Notes: generated from the letters alone by a model not told the origin. Positions 41,563 to 58,388 are shown, counted from the stretch's first letter. The stretch: DNA of 64,000 nt from Eledone cirrhosa (GCA_964016885.1 CAXHJY010001648.1:8245-72244), one strand, 5' to 3'. Made by a program: numbers and translations.

Positions 41563-41972
41563 TACCTCGAACGTGACATAGCAAACAGATCTCTAAACAA
41601 AGGCAGTAATTATCACATATAGTCCAGTGAGTCAAGAAACTAATTAAAATGCTAGTTTGAAGAAGCTTTGATTGAAACTGTTCCTTTCTATTGCAGTGAT
41701 GCCTGGAAAGTGACCGATACACTAACAGTAGAGATAAACAGTGAAAGAGTTCTGTTGTATAGTTTAGTGAGGCCTGGACAATGACAGAGTTACTAGCAGA
41801 TGGTAAATTTAACTGGACATCCATCTAGCTTTCAAAGAATAATTAACGATCGGTTAATTACAATGAGAAGCAGAGCAGATTTTCTCTTCTGATAGCAATT
41901 TTACATTGAAAAATATTAATTTCGATTAAACAAGCTTTGAGACGCCAACACAGTGGGACTTGACACAATGCA

Positions 41973-42079
<107 letters not shown>

Positions 42080-42082
42080 TCC

Positions 42083-42166
<84 letters not shown>

Positions 42167-42197
42167 GAAAGTGTCCTGTTTATATATATACATATAT

Positions 42198-42508
42198 ATG
42201 AAGTAATTCCGTCGGAAAAGTCCAGGAAAGAAGAGTGCTCTATGTAGGTAACAGAGCTTAATAGTTATGTAATAAACAACATAAGGCAATTATTCAATTT
42301 ACCAGTGGTTTCTTAAAAGCAAAAAATGTTGCTTTCAATCCTCAGAATGAAAAAATCCTGGTCTGTTTATTGAATTTGGATTTTAAAATCCAAATTCAAT
42401 AAACAGACCAGGATTTTTTTCTTCTGAGGATTGAAAGCAAAATTTTTTGCTTTTAAGAAACCACTGGTAAATGGAATAATTGCCTTATGTTGTTTATTAC
42501 ATAACTAT
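42198..42508. mobile_element. Loopless fold-back mini-element (family F3) with HHRs at 42293-42352 (-) and 42417-42476 (+)
   Basis: Centre ggatttt|aaaatcc at 42384/42385; CTGAGGA-ttgaaagcaa..ttgcttttaa-GAAAC-cactg-GTA. Confidence 0.88.
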
Positions 42509-42681
42509 ATATATATAATAGAGAGAGTGTGTGTGTGCGTCCTGTATATATATATATATATATATATATAGTGTCCTGTGTGTGTGTATATATATATATG
42601 TTTATCCCGGCCTCAGTTGCGGGTAACCAGAGTAAGTAAGGTACTCAATACATAGCAGAGTATAAGTATTTAATATAGAAC

Positions 42682-42732
42682 TGGCTTCTACGAGACTAGA
42701 ACTGCTTCATTCGGGAGAAATCATCAGGAACC
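42682..42732 (-). ncRNA. Degenerate hammerhead-like motif
   Basis: Minus strand: gggttc-CTGATGA-tttctcccgaat-GAAGC-agttctagtctc-GTA-gaagcc. Confidence 0.4.
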
Positions 42733-42744
42733 CTATATATAATA

Positions 42745-42786
<42 letters not shown>

Positions 42787-42963
42787 TTGTGAGAAAAACC
42801 ACAATGTGAGAAAAACCGGAAACCCTCCATCACCATTATACTTTTGAAAAGCACAAGAACTGCGAAACCGCTAAAGGTACCAAATAAATATATTTTAAAA
42901 AAAAAGACTCCAGTTGAATTTTCAATTTCATCTTTTTACCTTATATATATATATATATATATA

Positions 42964-43154
42964 TAGGAACAAGTAAGACCCCGACGGCTGAGCTCAAGCC
43001 GTTTCGACGGCTAATTCTGGACTGAATTAGCCGTCGAAACGGCTTGAGCTCAGCCGTCGGGGTCTTACTTGTTCCTATTACCCACTCTACTACCCTAAGT
43101 ATTGAGTACTTTGGTGCGCTATGGTCCACCTGGTTCATTACCACATTTCCTTCG

Positions 43155-43156
<2 letters not shown>
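42964..43156 (+). mobile_element. Fold-back mini-element F1 (arms 42964-43017 / 43024-43077)
   Basis: gaattagccgtc-GAAA-cggct-tgagctc-agccg-TC-ggggtc. Confidence 0.88.
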
Positions 43157-43198
<42 letters not shown>

Positions 43199-43268
43199 TA
43201 TATACACGCACATACAGAGAGAGAAATAGGTAGTGATGGAGGAAAACAAGTAAAATTCATGCATCTGT

Positions 43269-43412
<144 letters not shown>

Positions 43413-43713
43413 CATTCTTTATGTGCATATCAACCTATAGCTGTATGGAGCAAAACGAGTGGAAGATTTTTGAACCAATCAATTGCTGTTCAGAAATCAT
43501 TCAGTCCTATATTTCAGCCTGTTGATAGAATTTCGATTTTACTCCTTGATGCATCAGATTAGCAAACTGTTACTTGATTAAACCAATCGTAAGCGGTTAA
43601 GGCCTTAAGCTGATCACTTGCAAAACACGTGTTACGCGTGATTAGGAATAATGTATATTAACGTGAAACAAGGTTCCATTTTACTAAATATATACACATA
43701 TAGAATCATGCAA

Positions 43714-43748
<35 letters not shown>

Positions 43749-43804
43749 GAGAGAGAGAAATATATGTATATACAGATACACATATTTATATAGATACACA
43801 TACA

Positions 43805-43871
<67 letters not shown>

Positions 43872-44033
43872 AATTAGTATATCTACCAACATATTTATAC
43901 AGAAGTATACTTATGCTAGCAAGATATAGGTTTTGTCTTAGTAAGTTTGTGGTTCAATACAAAAATGTAGAACAATTATATGAAAGACGTAAAATAAGAA
44001 AATTATAATAATTAACTTACTTACTTAAGTTTC

Positions 44034-44111
44034 ACTCCAACTAATTAGTTTCTAAAAGGGGATATACATAGTGTTCAAAGCTAGGGAGAATTCCTTGATT
44101 CATCGGGGAGT
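44034..44111 (-). ncRNA. Type I hammerhead (U4C core); truncated relative at 17881-17965
   Basis: Minus strand: actcc-CCGATGA-...-GAAAC-taatta-GTT-ggagt. Confidence 0.6.
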
Positions 44112-44195
44112 CAATTCTCTGCTAAGATCCCAGGCGATAGGCGGACACAATATATATATATTTATATATGAATATATATGTATATATATACACAA

Positions 44196-44247
<52 letters not shown>

Positions 44248-44311
44248 GTGTATATATGTAGTAAAATGGAACCTTGTTTCAGGTTAATATATATATATAT
44301 ATATGTGTATA

Positions 44312-44349
<38 letters not shown>

Positions 44350-44558
44350 ATGTATATATATATATATATATATATTTTCATATATATATATATATATATA
44401 TAAAAATATATATATATATATATATATAAACATATGTATATATATATGTATATATGTAAATATATATATAAATATATGTATATATATATATGTATATATG
44501 TATATATATATATAAATATATGTATATATATATGTATATATATATAAATATATATATG

Positions 44559-44607
<49 letters not shown>

Positions 44608-44704
44608 GTATATATATATAAATATATATATATATAAATATATATATATGTATATATGTATATATGTATATATATATATATAAAAATATATGTATAAACA
44701 TATG

Positions 44705-44744
<40 letters not shown>

Positions 44745-44761
44745 AATATATATATATAAAC

Positions 44762-44794
<33 letters not shown>

Positions 44795-44811
44795 AATATA
44801 TATATATAAAC

Positions 44812-44842
<31 letters not shown>

Positions 44843-45104
44843 AATATATCTATATATATATATATGTATATATGTATATATATATAAATATATGTATATA
44901 TATATATATATAAACATATGTATATATATATATATATATATATAAACATATGTATATATATATATAAATACATATATAAATATATATGTATATATATATA
45001 TAAATATATATGTATATATGTATATAAACATATGTATATATATATATAAATATATGTATAAATATATATGTATATATATATATATAAATATATATGTATA
45101 TATG

Positions 45105-45140
<36 letters not shown>

Positions 45141-45159
45141 AATATATGTATATATATAT

Positions 45160-45391
45160 AAAAAGGATCGATCGACTTTCGTCAAATCGGACCGAGGAAA
45201 CAATGTTTCCGTTGGTCTTTCCAGTTGCTAGTACTATCTATCGGTCGCAACTCCAGGTAGAAGGAGCAACGTGAAATAAAGTGTCTTGCTCAAGGACATA
45301 ACGCATCAAGGACATAACGCCCGGTCCAGGAATCGAACTCACAACCTCAAGATTGTGAATCCACTTCTCTAACCATTCAGCCACACGCCTT
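45160..45391 (-). mobile_element. Full-length tRNA-derived SINE inserted in (TA)n
   Basis: Minus-strand A box tggctgaatgg, B box gttcgattcc, core tgtccttgagcaagacactt. Confidence 0.88.
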
Positions 45392-45419
45392 CATATATAT
45401 ATATACATATATAAATATA

Positions 45420-45452
<33 letters not shown>

Positions 45453-45729
45453 ATATATATAAATATATATATAAATAAATATATCTAAGTATATATATAT
45501 ATGTATATATGTATATATATATAAATATACATATATATAAATATATGTATGTATATATATATATATATATATATATAAATATACATATTTATAAATATAT
45601 GTATGTATATATATATATATATATATATAAATATACATATATATAAATATATGTATTTATATATGTATATAAAGATATGTATATATATGTATATAAATAT
45701 ATGTATATACATATATATATATATACATA

Positions 45730-47639
45730 AATATATAGACGCACATATATAACTTTGAATAACTTTGAAATGTTTTGGCCAGTATTGGCCCAGGCCATGT
45801 CTAACTTAATAGCACCACCTGGCGAAGTCTTTCAATTCAGGATTTGGGCACCATGGCCCATTCGAGAAGAGAATTACTGTTTGCGGAGACATATCCGGGT
45901 GTGGGTGGTTTGTCCGGGATTACTTGGAGGAATTTGTCCAAAGACTTCTTGAATTTTGTGTGGTCAGTTTCTGTTTTGACGTGTCCTGGTGTGATGTTGA
46001 AGAGAGCAGGGCCGATTGAGGTGAAATAATTGTGCCGTATTGTTGTTATGAGTTGCGATTTAGATTTTTGAATGGGACGGATAGCACGGGGCCCAAGCCT
46101 TGGGTGTATCTTGAAGGCGATGCCAACATCATTTGGGCAGTGATGATGGAACATTTTCCACATCATGCAGATAATATAACGCTCACGGCGACGTTGGAGT
46201 GAGTAAAGTTTCAGGTTTTCCAATCGACCCCAGTAGTCAAGGTCTGACATGCCATCTATCTTTTTCGTGATAGCCCTTTGAGGAGCTTCAAGTTTCATGA
46301 TACTTTGTTTCGTGTGGGGAGACCACAGTGGACAACAGTATTCAAGGTGTGGTCGGGCGAAAGTAGAGAAGAGAAGGATAATGGTGCGGGAATCTCTCGA
46401 CTGGAAGGTTCTGAGGATCCAGGAACACATTCTGCGGGCCATGTCAACTTTGCTGCTTATATGCGTGGTCCAGCTTATGTTGCTGTCCACGGTTACTCCC
46501 AAGTCTCTGATGTTGTTAGATGCCACGAGAGTTTCCCCGGAGGGAAGGGAGTACGGGAGTTTCAGAGCATCCTCTTTTCCAAAGTGGATCAGTTCGAATT
46601 TGTCTTCGTTCAGTAACATGTTGTTCTTTTCTGCCCATTGGGTAACAGCCAGTAGGTCTGACTGAAGGCTTATCCGGTCATCCACGCCATTGATGACCTT
46701 TTGGAGCTTGGAATCATCAGCGAAAATTTTAATGTTGCTGTGTTTGATGATGTCAGTGATGTCATTAATATAGATGATGAAGAGAAGTGGGCCCAACACA
46801 GTGCCTTGTGGGACTCCACTACTGACTTTGGCTGGGCTTGATTTGACTCCCTCAACTACAACATGTTGGGTTCTGTTTGACAGGAAGCTCTTGATCCACT
46901 GCAGCAGCTTTCCAGTGACACCAATATTGGACAGCTTTCTCAGTAGAATGTTATGATCAACCCTGTCAAAGGCCTTGCTGAAATCAAGGTAGATAACATC
47001 AGTGTTGGAACCCTCTCCCAAGGCTCTCAAAATGTCATCAAAGTGATGCAGTAGTTGCGTCAGGCAATCCCTTCCATTACGGAATCCATGCTGGTTGGAG
47101 TTCAGCATATTGTTACTCTCAAGGAAGTGGGTCATTCGCGATCTCACCACTCGCTCAAATACCTTAATGATATGAGAGGTGAGTGAGATTGGACGGTAAT
47201 TCACGGCAAGGGATTTGTTTCCCTTTTTGAAAACTGGGACAACAGACTGGGATAGAAGGTTTTCTGGCACATATCCAGCATCCAGTGAGTTCCGCCACAG
47301 ATTGGCAAGAGGAGAAGCAAGTTGGTGTTGACACGCCTTCAAGACACAAGCAGGGAACCTATCGGGACCTACTGCTGAATTATGCTTGATTTCCTTTATT
47401 GCCGCCAAGACATCAGGGGCGCCAAACGTTATGTCCGATAAGGTGTAATGGGGAGTAACATCGCCGATACAGCCCAGATCGGCCATATCAGGATTGCTGA
47501 AAACAGAGCAGTATTGTTTCTGCAGTATCTCACCCATGGTTTTAGCATTGTCTTGAAGAGTGCCATTTTCATCAATTAGAGGGCCAACAGTAGAGCCAGT
47601 GATTTTGTGTTTTTTTGCAAATGAAAAGAACACTTTGGG

Positions 47640-47642
<3 letters not shown>
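45730..47642 (-). mobile_element. Young 5'-truncated CR1/L2-group LINE
   Basis: Uninterrupted RT ORF, short 3' UTR ending in a repeated ttcaaagtta, (TA)n on both flanks. Confidence 0.95.
45837..47642 (-). CDS. LINE reverse transcriptase (C-terminal ~600 aa of ORF2)
   Basis: [55 protein letters not shown] motifs; the listed ATG lies in the TA tract and is not a real start. Confidence 0.93.
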
Positions 47643-47681
<39 letters not shown>

Positions 47682-47707
47682 CATATGTATATATATGTAT
47701 GTATATA

Positions 47708-47749
<42 letters not shown>

Positions 47750-47781
47750 AACATATATACTCATATATATATATTTATATA

Positions 47782-47817
<36 letters not shown>

Positions 47818-47829
47818 CATAAATATATA

Positions 47830-47875
<46 letters not shown>

Positions 47876-47879
47876 TATA

Positions 47880-47911
<32 letters not shown>

Positions 47912-47934
47912 CTCATATGTATATATATATACTC

Positions 47935-47995
<61 letters not shown>

Positions 47996-48127
47996 TATTT
48001 ACATAAATATATATATATATATATATATACATATATATTTACATAAATATATATATATATATATATATACAATGATATTAAATAGATGGAAACTATATTT
48101 ATAAAACCATATTTATTCTATTATATA

Positions 48128-48681
48128 CTAGCAGTGGTACACGGCGTTGCACGGGATAAGGTATTTTGGAACGCGGTTCGCCAACAGACCTAATCTTGGA
48201 AAAACTGCATGCCTGGACAATATGTAAAGAAAATAAACCGAATACTTTGATGGCTGGATAATCTTTAAGATGTTCCTCGATGAAGGAGGAAAAATGTAGG
48301 GTTTCACCTAATGCGGGCCCTAGGGGATCAAGAAAATGAATTTTTTTCTATGTGCATAATATGACTTTAAATTTCGGGAAAAATCCGCTAGAGGTAACGG
48401 CTCCAAAAAGCCCTGAGAAGCTGAAAAAGTGAAGTTTTTCACCTAAGGCCATAAGAAAGTTGGATTTTCTTTGCTTACGGTATGAAGAAGAGACTGACTA
48501 TTACATAGTTACAATTTCAAGGAAATCTGTCTGACGTAACGCCTCAAAAAAACCCTAAAAATCTTTAAAAACGCAGTTTTTCACCTAAGGAGATAAAAAG
48601 AAGTTGAATTTGTTTATGTGCATAACACTCCCTGAAACATAAGTAGTTCACATGTAAAGTTTGAAAATCCTAGTTTTAGGG

Positions 48682-48740
<59 letters not shown>

Positions 48741-49548
48741 TCCTCAGGGAAGTGACGTAATGCAGACAATCAGACATACAGACAAATATTATAAGGGCGC
48801 GGCGTTATATGTATCTATCTAAAATGAGAAAGACTAAGAATTATAGAGAGAGATCGCTAAATCGCCCAATGCTGTCCCTAGGGCATTGAAAATTTGAAAT
48901 ATTTTTTTACCAGAACACTCCCTGAACCATATGTATTAGATGTGTAAAGTTGGAAAACAGTCGGTTTGGTGCTTCTCTACAATACTAAGCGGTAAAATAG
49001 TAACATTTGTTCCCGTAAAGGCACGTAAGTAAATAAACTGAAGCTGTTGCAGCGATCTTTTTATTTACCGGCTTTAATTTTTAGTGTTGTTTGAAATATA
49101 TAACCTGCAAACCTGATTTTTGAATCGTAGCAGGGGCGACTTCATTTCACTCGCTTCACTAAAAGTTGGATTTTCTTTGCTCACGGTATGAAGAAGAGAC
49201 TGACTAATACATAGTTACCGGCTTTCATTTTTAGTGTTGTGTGAAACATATAACCGCCTTAGCTAATCTTAGTATTGCTGACGTAATGCAGACATCAGAC
49301 ATACAGACAGATAATATAAGGGCGCGACATTATATGTATGTATCTATCTAAAAAGAGAAAGACTAAGAATTATAAAGCGAGACCGCTAAATTGCCTAATG
49401 CTGTCCCTGGGGCATTGAAAGTTTCACTCACTGAAACATAAGTATTACATGTGTAAAATTTCAAAACAGTCGGTTGGGTGGTTCTCGAGTTTTCGGGATT
49501 CGAACTCACACACACACAGACAGACATCCTCAGTTTTATATATATAGA
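48128..49548 (-). mobile_element. Non-autonomous Helitron 1
   Basis: Minus 5' TCtatatatataaaactgaggatgtctgtctgtgtg; 3' cccgtgcaacgccgtg hairpin plus CTAG; internal duplications (e.g. ~48752-48890 vs ~49279-49420). Confidence 0.85.
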
Positions 49549-50425
49549 CTAGCAGAAAACCACCCGGTGGGCGGTTTTCTGCTAGCAAATCTAGTGTATA
49601 TACTGATATTGTTGAGATTTGGATGAGAAATGTTTTCGGCACCACATATTCACCGTCTCTCGATGTGTCTTTTATGCATTTATAAATATATATGTTATCT
49701 ATACGGTGAAATCTTTGAAATAAATATATGTTAAAACGAAAAAGGAGAAAATAAATAACTGGCGGTTAGAAAAAAATATTCCTATGAAATTTTAATCATA
49801 CCATTAGGTGTGAATAAGGAAATATTTTTTTATTGTCAAAACAAATGTTCAAAAGTTAAACTTCAATTTTTTGAATTATTTCCAATTTTTTCATGAAATT
49901 GAACACTGGATATTGGCTGCTGGAAATGGAAATTAAATCGTATTTAATTGTATTTAAATTTCTAACCTTATTTTATTATTTATATTTTTTCAATAAGAAA
50001 TTTAAAGAAAAAAATTGAACAAATCAAACGTAGGTTATGGAATTGCGCAATCTGATTAATAAATTACCTCATCAGCAGCAACCTTCTTCAAATGGTCCTT
50101 ATTATCAGCAGCAACAACCACAAATTCAATGGCAACCTTCTTCGCATGGTGTCAAGTCAGAACCGCCTCGAACTGGTTACTTCTGGCTTGTGCAAGGTGT
50201 CTCTATAGCAACCAGCGATTCCCTCGGCCTCAGTGACCAAAGTCAGTGGAGAGGGGAAGGTAATATTTCTGTAGCACGTGTTTTAGCGTCTATTCACTCA
50301 CTCTCCCTCCCGCTATCCCCCTCTCGTAGTCTGTCTCGTTCTTTCACTCTCACTCTCTCTCTACGCACGTGTTTCCACTGTCGGACAGACAGACAGAGAA
50401 ATTGGTGGTTATATATATAAGTAGA
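49549..50425 (-). mobile_element. Non-autonomous Helitron 2, head-to-tail with Helitron 1
   Basis: Minus 5' TCtacttatatatataa..ctgtctgtctgtcc; 3' hairpin plus CTAG at 49549-49552. Confidence 0.8.
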
Positions 50426-50545
50426 TATTTCAAGGGTACCAGAAACTTTGGTACGCTTTCATCAGATAAAATACAAAGTGTATTTTATAAATTTTGACAT
50501 AGCCAAAGGAAACATACATAATCAGTTGAATTTTCCTACATAAAT
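50426..50545 (-). mobile_element. Right part of an F2 HHR element split by the Helitrons (left part 48071-48127)
   Basis: tatttcaagggtacc...gctttcatcagataaaata; rejoining the two parts restores the HHR. Confidence 0.8.
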
Positions 50546-50568
50546 ATATATATACACATAAATATTTA

Positions 50569-50631
<63 letters not shown>

Positions 50632-50748
50632 TTATATATATATACATAAATATATAGACACCCATATATATAAATATATATATATATACATAAATATATA
50701 GACACATATATATATATACAGATATGTATATATACATATACACACACG

Positions 50749-50814
<66 letters not shown>

Positions 50815-50875
50815 CATAAATATATAGACACCCATATATAAATATATATATATATATACACATAAATATATAGAC

Positions 50876-50908
<33 letters not shown>

Positions 50909-50913
50909 CATAT

Positions 50914-50950
<37 letters not shown>

Positions 50951-51060
50951 CATAAATATATAGACACCCATATATAAATATATATATATATACATAAATA
51001 TATAGACACATATATATATACAGATATGTATATATACATACACACACACACACACACACT

Positions 51061-51110
<50 letters not shown>

Positions 51111-51521
51111 TGAATATATATACCTACACACACACACACACACACACACATATTTATGTACATCATTATTTTCACATTATTTGCGCATTCATGTACGCAC
51201 ACACATACATGAATGCGCAAATAGAAGTAATTAATTATATAGAAGGAGTTAGAAATGATGTAAGGTATGTATATAAATAAGTACAAAAGTATGTCATTAG
51301 CTCCGAGGTATTGACCGTGTTTTGTTTTAATATAATCAAGCAGGACAAATGAGAGACCAACCAATTACCTTCTGGCTATTTAATCATACTTCTGCCAACT
51401 TCATTAGCATTTGGCAGCGTGGCCGTATTGGTTGTAGCAGCCATTTTGTAAAGCACCATAATGCAACGGGAAATTTGCGCCCCACGCTATATACGTGTGT
51501 ATGTGTGTGTGTATTTATATT

Positions 51522-51552
<31 letters not shown>

Positions 51553-51561
51553 ATATTTATT

Positions 51562-51630
<69 letters not shown>

Positions 51631-51800
51631 CTATATAGGTAGATAGGTAGATGTATGATATGTATATGCATAGATGTATTTATATGTATAGATCTGTATA
51701 TATATATATATATATATATATAGGTAGGTAGGTAGACGGATAGATGTATTGATATGTATATAGATAGATGTAACTATATGCATACATATATATATATATA

Positions 51801-51863
<63 letters not shown>

Positions 51864-51885
51864 ACATATATATATATATATAGTT

Positions 51886-51916
<31 letters not shown>

Positions 51917-52544
51917 CGAGATATATATATATAAATATATATATAATAGATGTATATATAGATATAGATAGATAATAATTATATATTTATATGGATATAT
52001 ATAGATATATAGGAATAGATATATATATATTTATCAAAATACATATCGATACATATCTAATGATCTCTCTCACCATCTTTTCATGATAATCATTCCTCTC
52101 CCCTTCACACATACCCCTCCCCTTCACACATACCCCTCCCCTTCACACATACGCAAATATTCCTTCTGGCAAAACTACTAATCAAAACAAATCTAAACTG
52201 ACCACCATAAATGAATGTGAATCGTTAGAAACAATGTCTATTGGCAGTATCGGTAGAGGGTCGGACGCCATGCTTTGTAGCACAGTTACGTCCCTTTTCA
52301 AATCCACGCCGAGGTTAACTTTGCCTGTCATACTTATGAGGTCGATAAAATAAAATACCAGTAATACACTGGGATAATTGCTGGCCTTGTGCCAAAAAGT
52401 AGAAACAATTATATTTATAACTTTGCCTTTCATCTATACGGGGTCGATAACATAAAGTACCAGTAATACACTGGGATAATTGCTGGCCTTGTGCAAAAAA
52501 GTAGAAACAGTTAGAAGCAATGTCTACGCCTTAAGAGGTTCGTT

Positions 52545-53700
<1,156 letters not shown>

Positions 53701-53732
53701 CCCCTTCATATATATATATATATATATATATC

Positions 53733-54395
53733 TAAAAATTAGAATTGGAGCTCTGAAATAGCAATATATATATGGATGTATATATAATGTATTTTGCAAT
53801 ACACTTTATGCTTAATTAAAAGCATTTTGAAGACCGTAAGCTATTGTTTTAAAGTAGTGACAAATTCACTCACTTTGATCTCAGCAAACAGGGGAGATAA
53901 GCCGACAAGACTTGTTTCGCTTTGGTTGAAGCTTATCAAGGCCAACTACCCCCCACCTGTTTACTGAGATCATTGATGTTATATTCTTATAGAAATCTAG
54001 TAAATAATCAGGAGCTGATTATGGAGAGCGGTTGTTGGTCAGGCAGAAATGAAAAATTAGAATTGGAACGCTGAAATAGCAATATATATATGGATGTATA
54101 TATAATGTATTTTGCAATACACTTTATGCTTAATTAAAAGCATTTTGAAGACCGTAAGCTATTGTTTTAAAGTAGTGACAAATTCACTCACATTGATCTC
54201 AGCAAACAGGTGGGGTAGTTGGCCTTGATAAGCTTCAACCAAAGCGAAACAAGTCTTGTCGGCTTATCTCCCCTGTTTGCTGAGATCAAAGTGAGTGAAT
54301 TTGTCACTACTTTAAAACAATAGCTTACGGTCTTCAAAATGTTTTTAATTAAGCATAAAGTGTATTGCAAAATACATTATATATACATCCATATA
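53733..54395. mobile_element. PLE-like element with direct plus inverted terminal copies; HHRs at 53900-53943 (-) and 54221-54264 (+)
   Basis: Direct repeat 53734-53890 / 54052-54210, then an inverse copy; ggcc-TTGATAA-gcttcaaccaaagc-GAAAC-aagtctt-GTC-ggct. Confidence 0.85.
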
Positions 54396-54492
54396 TATCT
54401 ATATATATATATATATATATATATATTAGGTCCCAAGCATATGATACCATCAACACTATAACCACAGAGCTGGCATATCTAAGAACTGACTA

Positions 54493-54548
54493 ACTGCCTG
54501 ATGAGGTCATAGCCATTCAATGGCTATCATCGAAATATATATAGCAGT
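54493..54548 (+). ncRNA. Intact type I minimal hammerhead ribozyme
   Basis: actgc-CTGATGA-ggtcatagcca..tggctatcatc-GAAAT-atat-ATA-gcagt, followed by AATAAA. Confidence 0.88.
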
Positions 54549-54873
54549 AAATAAAGGTTTATGAGTTCATGCAATTGCCTTATGTTTCGTCATCATATAT
54601 ATATATATATATAAAATATTAAACAAATAATGAATAAACAATTCCTTATATTAAACAAAAAAAGTTCATTATTTAACGATCGTTTCTAGGATATATATGT
54701 GTTAGAATTGGTATGCATATTCAACAGATCTATGTACAAAATTATACAAATTATCAAGATTATATATATATATATAAATGAAGTATTTCCGTAGAAAAGG
54801 TAAAGAAAAAGAGGGTGCTCTATATAGGCTACAGAGCTTTTTAGTTATGTAATAAACAACATAATATAATTAA

Positions 54874-54931
54874 TTCATTTACCAGTGGTTTCTTGAAGAC
54901 ATTTACATCTATCTCCAGTCGTCAGAACGAA
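54874..54931 (-). ncRNA. Type I hammerhead, family F3 (element ~54778-55030)
   Basis: Minus strand: ttcgtt-CTGACGA-ctggagata..tgtcttcaa-GAAAC-cactg-GTA-aatgaa. Confidence 0.8.
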
Positions 54932-55031
54932 AAAAATGTAATGATTATTAAATATGGATTTGAAAACAAAATTTGGTTTTCAAATCCTAATAAATGTTCT
55001 AAACTAAAACTTGATCGTTTTAATACTTTGC

Positions 55032-55121
<90 letters not shown>

Positions 55122-55122
55122 T

Positions 55123-55413
<291 letters not shown>

Positions 55414-55422
55414 ATATATATT

Positions 55423-55619
<197 letters not shown>

Positions 55620-55634
55620 GTATATATATATATG

Positions 55635-56018
<384 letters not shown>

Positions 56019-56019
56019 A

Positions 56020-56662
<643 letters not shown>

Positions 56663-56668
56663 CATATA

Positions 56669-56953
<285 letters not shown>

Positions 56954-57104
56954 GTATATATATATATTTATATATATATATTTATATATATGTATATATA
57001 TATATATTTATATATATGTATATATATATATTTATATATATATATTTATATATATGTATATATATATATTTATATATATGTATATATATATATTTATATA
57101 TATG

Positions 57105-57189
<85 letters not shown>

Positions 57190-57334
57190 GTATATATATA
57201 TATTTATATATATATATTTATATATATGTATATATATATATATTTATATATATGTATATATATATATTTATATATATATATTTATATATATGTATATATA
57301 TATATATTTATATATATGTATATATATATATATT

Positions 57335-57367
<33 letters not shown>

Positions 57368-57776
57368 GTATATATATATATATATTTATATATATGTATA
57401 TATATATATTTATATATATGTATATATATATATATATTTATATATATGTATATATATATATATTTATATATATGTATATATATATATATTTATATATATG
57501 TATATATATATATTTATATATATTTATATATATGTATATATATATATATTTATATATATTTATATATATGTATATATATGTATATATATATATATTTATA
57601 TATATTTATATATATGTATATATATGTATATATATATATATTTATATATATTTATATATATGTATATATATATATATTTATATATATTTATATATATGTA
57701 TATATATATATATTTATATATATTTATATATATGTATATATATATATTTATATATATGTATATATATATATTTATA

Positions 57777-57826
<50 letters not shown>

Positions 57827-58239
57827 GGTGGCCTAATTTTCTTTGCTGTAAATGTGGTTCAGGGTAAGGTAAGAAGAGAAAGCTACAGGGAGGTGAGAGC
57901 TTGAAGAATAAAAGAAAGTACAATAAACGCCATAAACTGGTTTATATAGATGTAAGAGAAATACTGATAACACAGGTAAAGTGCCGTGGCATGGCTGCAA
58001 TGCAATTGTTGGACCTGTAAATGTAAGTAGTATGATAGTAATGGCATTTTGTCTAGGCAGAAGGCCAAATATATATTCATACGTAAAAGTAGCCGATTGT
58101 AAAGTCTGTTAAGGGGTTTAACTCTATTACATGAGCTGTTATCTATATTATAAAATACTCTATGCATTATAGTATCTTAGTGTAAATGCACGCCATTCTT
58201 TACACACAAACAGACACACACACACACACACACACAACC

Positions 58240-58275
<36 letters not shown>

Positions 58276-58349
58276 TTATATATATATATATATATAAATA
58301 CATATATATATATATATGTGTGTATATAAATATATATATATATATATAA

Positions 58350-58388
<39 letters not shown>

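Noticed and set aside
41700-41830. RTE-like remnant (VLLY..EAWTMT)
   Set aside because: Too short and degraded to annotate with confidence.
42262-42508. MITE/DNA-transposon interpretation of the palindromes
   Set aside because: The inverted arms are asymmetric (one-sided tails), non-palindromic relatives exist and HHRs are present, which fits PLE fold-back better than TIRs; not fully excluded.
45290-45391. tRNA gene
   Set aside because: A and B boxes continue into a SINE core; no complete cloverleaf.
57883-58015. Minus-strand candidate exon after catttacAG
   Set aside because: No recognisable protein in any frame; unsupported.
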